Part shown: piece by piece, positions 61,511 to 64,000 of the stretch
Layout of the letters: the number at the start of each line of letters is the position of its first letter
Numbering within the stretch: position 1 is the first letter of the stretch
The notes under the pieces: model-generated
What the model was told of the DNA's origin: nothing
The model's database searches: none
The model's input: the letters and a program-made list of their open reading frames with translations, nothing else
Made by a program: the position numbers and the translations under genes
Assembly: GCF_009914755.1 (NCBI RefSeq)
Contig: NC_060931.1
DNA: 64,000 nt
Source of the DNA: the human T2T-CHM13v2.0 reference genome, Homo sapiens
Direction: 5' to 3' (one strand)

Positions 61511-62115
61511 ATGAAAAAAATTGAGCAGGGACTGAGTGTTGGATCCCAAAACACTTTTCAAAATGCTCACCCCCTGGTGTTGATGATTTAAACACTAACT
61601 GGTGCTAACAAGCCCATGCCCCTGTGTCGTGTTACAGGGATGGACAACGTGCAGTGGGGCATGGAATGCACTCGCCTAACTCAGCCTGACGGGATGAGGA
61701 GAGCTTCTGGAGGAGGTTGCATGCAGGCCAGGTTTTGTGGCAGAAAATGGGGCTCTTCTAGGAGATGGGGTGTGGGGGAAATGCTGACAGGCAGAGGAAG
61801 CCCCTTCCTCCCACCTTGTCAGTTCTCCTTTTCTTTCTTGCTATAAAGAATGAGAACATGGCAGGACTGGTGATGCAGCCAGTGAAGCAGACATGCAGGA
61901 TGCCACACAGGCACAGAGCAAAGCTCCCTTAAAGGTGAGGTCGGCAGAGGTTCCTAGCGGAGATGACCCTGAAAACTAAGTTTTGAAGAATAAGTATGGA
62001 ATGTTTGGAGGTTCTGCAGGACCTCAAGTGAGAAACAGTGAGTGGCTGAGCTAGTGCAATGACCATGGAGTGAGGAGGACAAGGTTGATAGGAGAGGTAT
62101 TAAGGGGATGGCATC

Positions 62116-62409
62116 ACTGGGCATGGTGGCTCATGCCTGTAATCCCAGCACTTATGGAGACCGAGGTGGACGGATCACCTGAGGTCAGGGGTTTGAGACC
62201 AGCCTGGGCAACATAGACACCCCATCTCTACTAAAAATACAAAAATTAGCCGGGCATGATGGCGGGTGCCTGTAATCCCAGCTACTCATGAGGCTGAGGG
62301 AGGAGAACCACTGGAACCTAGGAGACGGAGGTTGCAGTGAGCTGAGATTGCACCACTGCACTCCAGCCCGAGTGACAGAGTAAGACTCAGTCTCAAAAAA
62401 AAAAAAAAA
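62116..62409 (+). mobile_element. AluS (Sx-like)
   Basis: ggatcacctgaggtcagg, ctactaaaaatacaaaaattagc and an A-tail. Confidence 0.93.
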
Positions 62410-62699
62410 GGGTGAGGGGAGGGATGGAATCTGAGGAGGCGGACACTGACGGGATGTGGTGGGGGCTGGAGGAGGGAAGCCACTCAGATGAAGCCCTGGG
62501 GTGCTGCCTGGATGGCTGGAGGAATAGCAGTGCCATTAGCAGAGGAAACAGAGGCCAGGCGCTAGGCAGAGGAAAAGGCATCTAGAATCAATGACCTGGA
62601 GGTGCCTGTGGGAAATAGAAGTGACGTCTCTGTGACTACCTGGTGTATGGTTAGATGGGTCTGGAGCTCAGATATGGATGATGTTTAGCTTCATTATTT

Positions 62700-63325
62700 G
62701 CTGGTTTATTCTAAAAAATTTAAACATATGCCGAGATTAGGAAAATAAGATAGTGGACCCTATACGTATCCATCACCAAGCTTCCAAGATTGTCATTCCA
62801 CTGCCAATCTGGTTTTACCTATGCCCTCACCTATGCCCAACCTTAACTATTTTGAAGCAAATAGCAGACATCACATCTTTTCATCCATAAATGTCTCAAG
62901 AATGAAGATTTTTTTAAACACACAATACCTCTATCACACCAAAATATTAGCAATAATTTCTTAATATTATCAAATATCCAGTTATGTACAAATTTTTCCC
63001 ATTGACTAATACGTATTTTTAAAATCTGAATCAGAATTCAAACCAGGATGTCTCTTAAGGTTTTTGCAGACTCTAAAATCTTTCTCTCTCTCTTTCTTTC
63101 TCCTGCCATCTTTCTCTCTCTCTCCATTTTTTTACCTCCCTTCTTCCCTTACTCTTTCTCAATTTATTTGTTGAAGAAAGTGAGTAGTTTGTTGGTAGAA
63201 TTTTATATAGTCTACATTTTGCTGATTGTATCCCAATGATGCCCTGTCTCCTATATTTCCTGTTAACTGGTAATTCAATCTAGATATTTTATCACATCCA
63301 CGTTCAAATTTTTAGCAATAAAATA
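62700..63325 (-). mobile_element. L1MC-like 3' end fragment
   Basis: tattttgaagcaaat...aataatttcttaatattatcaaatatccag...tttgttgaagaaa antisense L1MC4/5-like text. Confidence 0.65.
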
Positions 63326-63332
63326 CAACAAA

Positions 63333-63660
63333 CCCCCCATATCTGTGTGTCCTGCACTCATGGATTCAAGCAACTGCAGATAGAAAATAGTTTTTAGAAA
63401 ATCGTGTCTGTACTGAACATGTATAGACTTCTTTTTTCTTGTCATTATTTCTTAAACAATAAAATATTGTAACTATTACATAACATTTACATTGTATTAG
63501 ATATTATAAGTAATATAGAGGTGATTTAAATCATATGGGAGAATGTATGTAGGCTACATACTAATACGAAGCCATTTTTTATCAGGAGCTTGAGCATCTG
63601 TAGATTTTGGCACCCACGGGGGCCCTGAAAGCAGTGCCTGCAGATGCTGAGGGATGCCTG
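63333..63660. mobile_element. MER2 (TcMar-Tigger) DNA transposon relic
   Basis: tgtactgaacatgtatagactt...cttgtcattatt...catttacattgtattag...cttgagcatctgtagattttgg...gatgctgagggatg. Confidence 0.88.
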
Positions 63661-64000
63661 CCCTCATGCGATGCCAGCACTTCCAGCACTAGGCACAGAA
63701 GCCCGCTAGCCTCACCTTTCTGACATTAGCAGACACTGGTGGTAAGGGCCCAACCTATTATTTCATTAGATGTGAAAAGATGCTAACAGTCAACTCCACC
63801 AATCCTTCCTTATTGCTTATCAGCTGGAAGAGATCACCAGAAGTCACGAAACAGCAGTGCCAGGCCGGGATGAGGACATCCAGGAAGAGGGTACAGGGTG
63901 AGGCCTGGGGACCCTCAGCACTTCAGGAGAAATGAGAAGGGGGGATGCTGAGAACAGCCTGGAAAGTGAAGGTCCTGCCAGAGGGGAGAATGCCTTCAAA

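Overview
Primate (human-like) non-coding DNA dominated by transposable elements (Alu J/S/Y, L1PA/L1MA/L1M, L2, MIR, MLT1, an ERV1-type solo LTR, HERV-L, MER82, MER2, MADE1). I found no intact protein-coding gene, rRNA, tRNA or CRISPR array. The main features are: (1) a ~6.4-kb processed pseudogene of ARHGAP5 (p190-B RhoGAP; 37098-43510, +) inserted into the 3' UTR of a near full-length L1MA element, which itself sits in an older L1M; (2) a 5'-inverted (twin-primed) L1PA with a 16-bp target-site duplication (TSD); (3) a HERV-L provirus (MLT2A LTR, Leu PBS, gag-pro-RT, - strand) cut off at the poly(A) tail of a TSD-less L1PA; (4) an unidentified ~1.5-kb segment ending in a poly(A)-like tract (18976-20490, -); (5) several template-switch-type scars, including a perfect 41-bp-arm palindrome at 8857-8943. 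I cannot support a new biological system. The best leads are the unidentified segment, the palindrome and the CpG-rich 5' end of the retrocopy. Repeat subfamily names and parent-protein comparisons come from recalled consensus features, not from a database run, and boundaries of old repeats are approximate.
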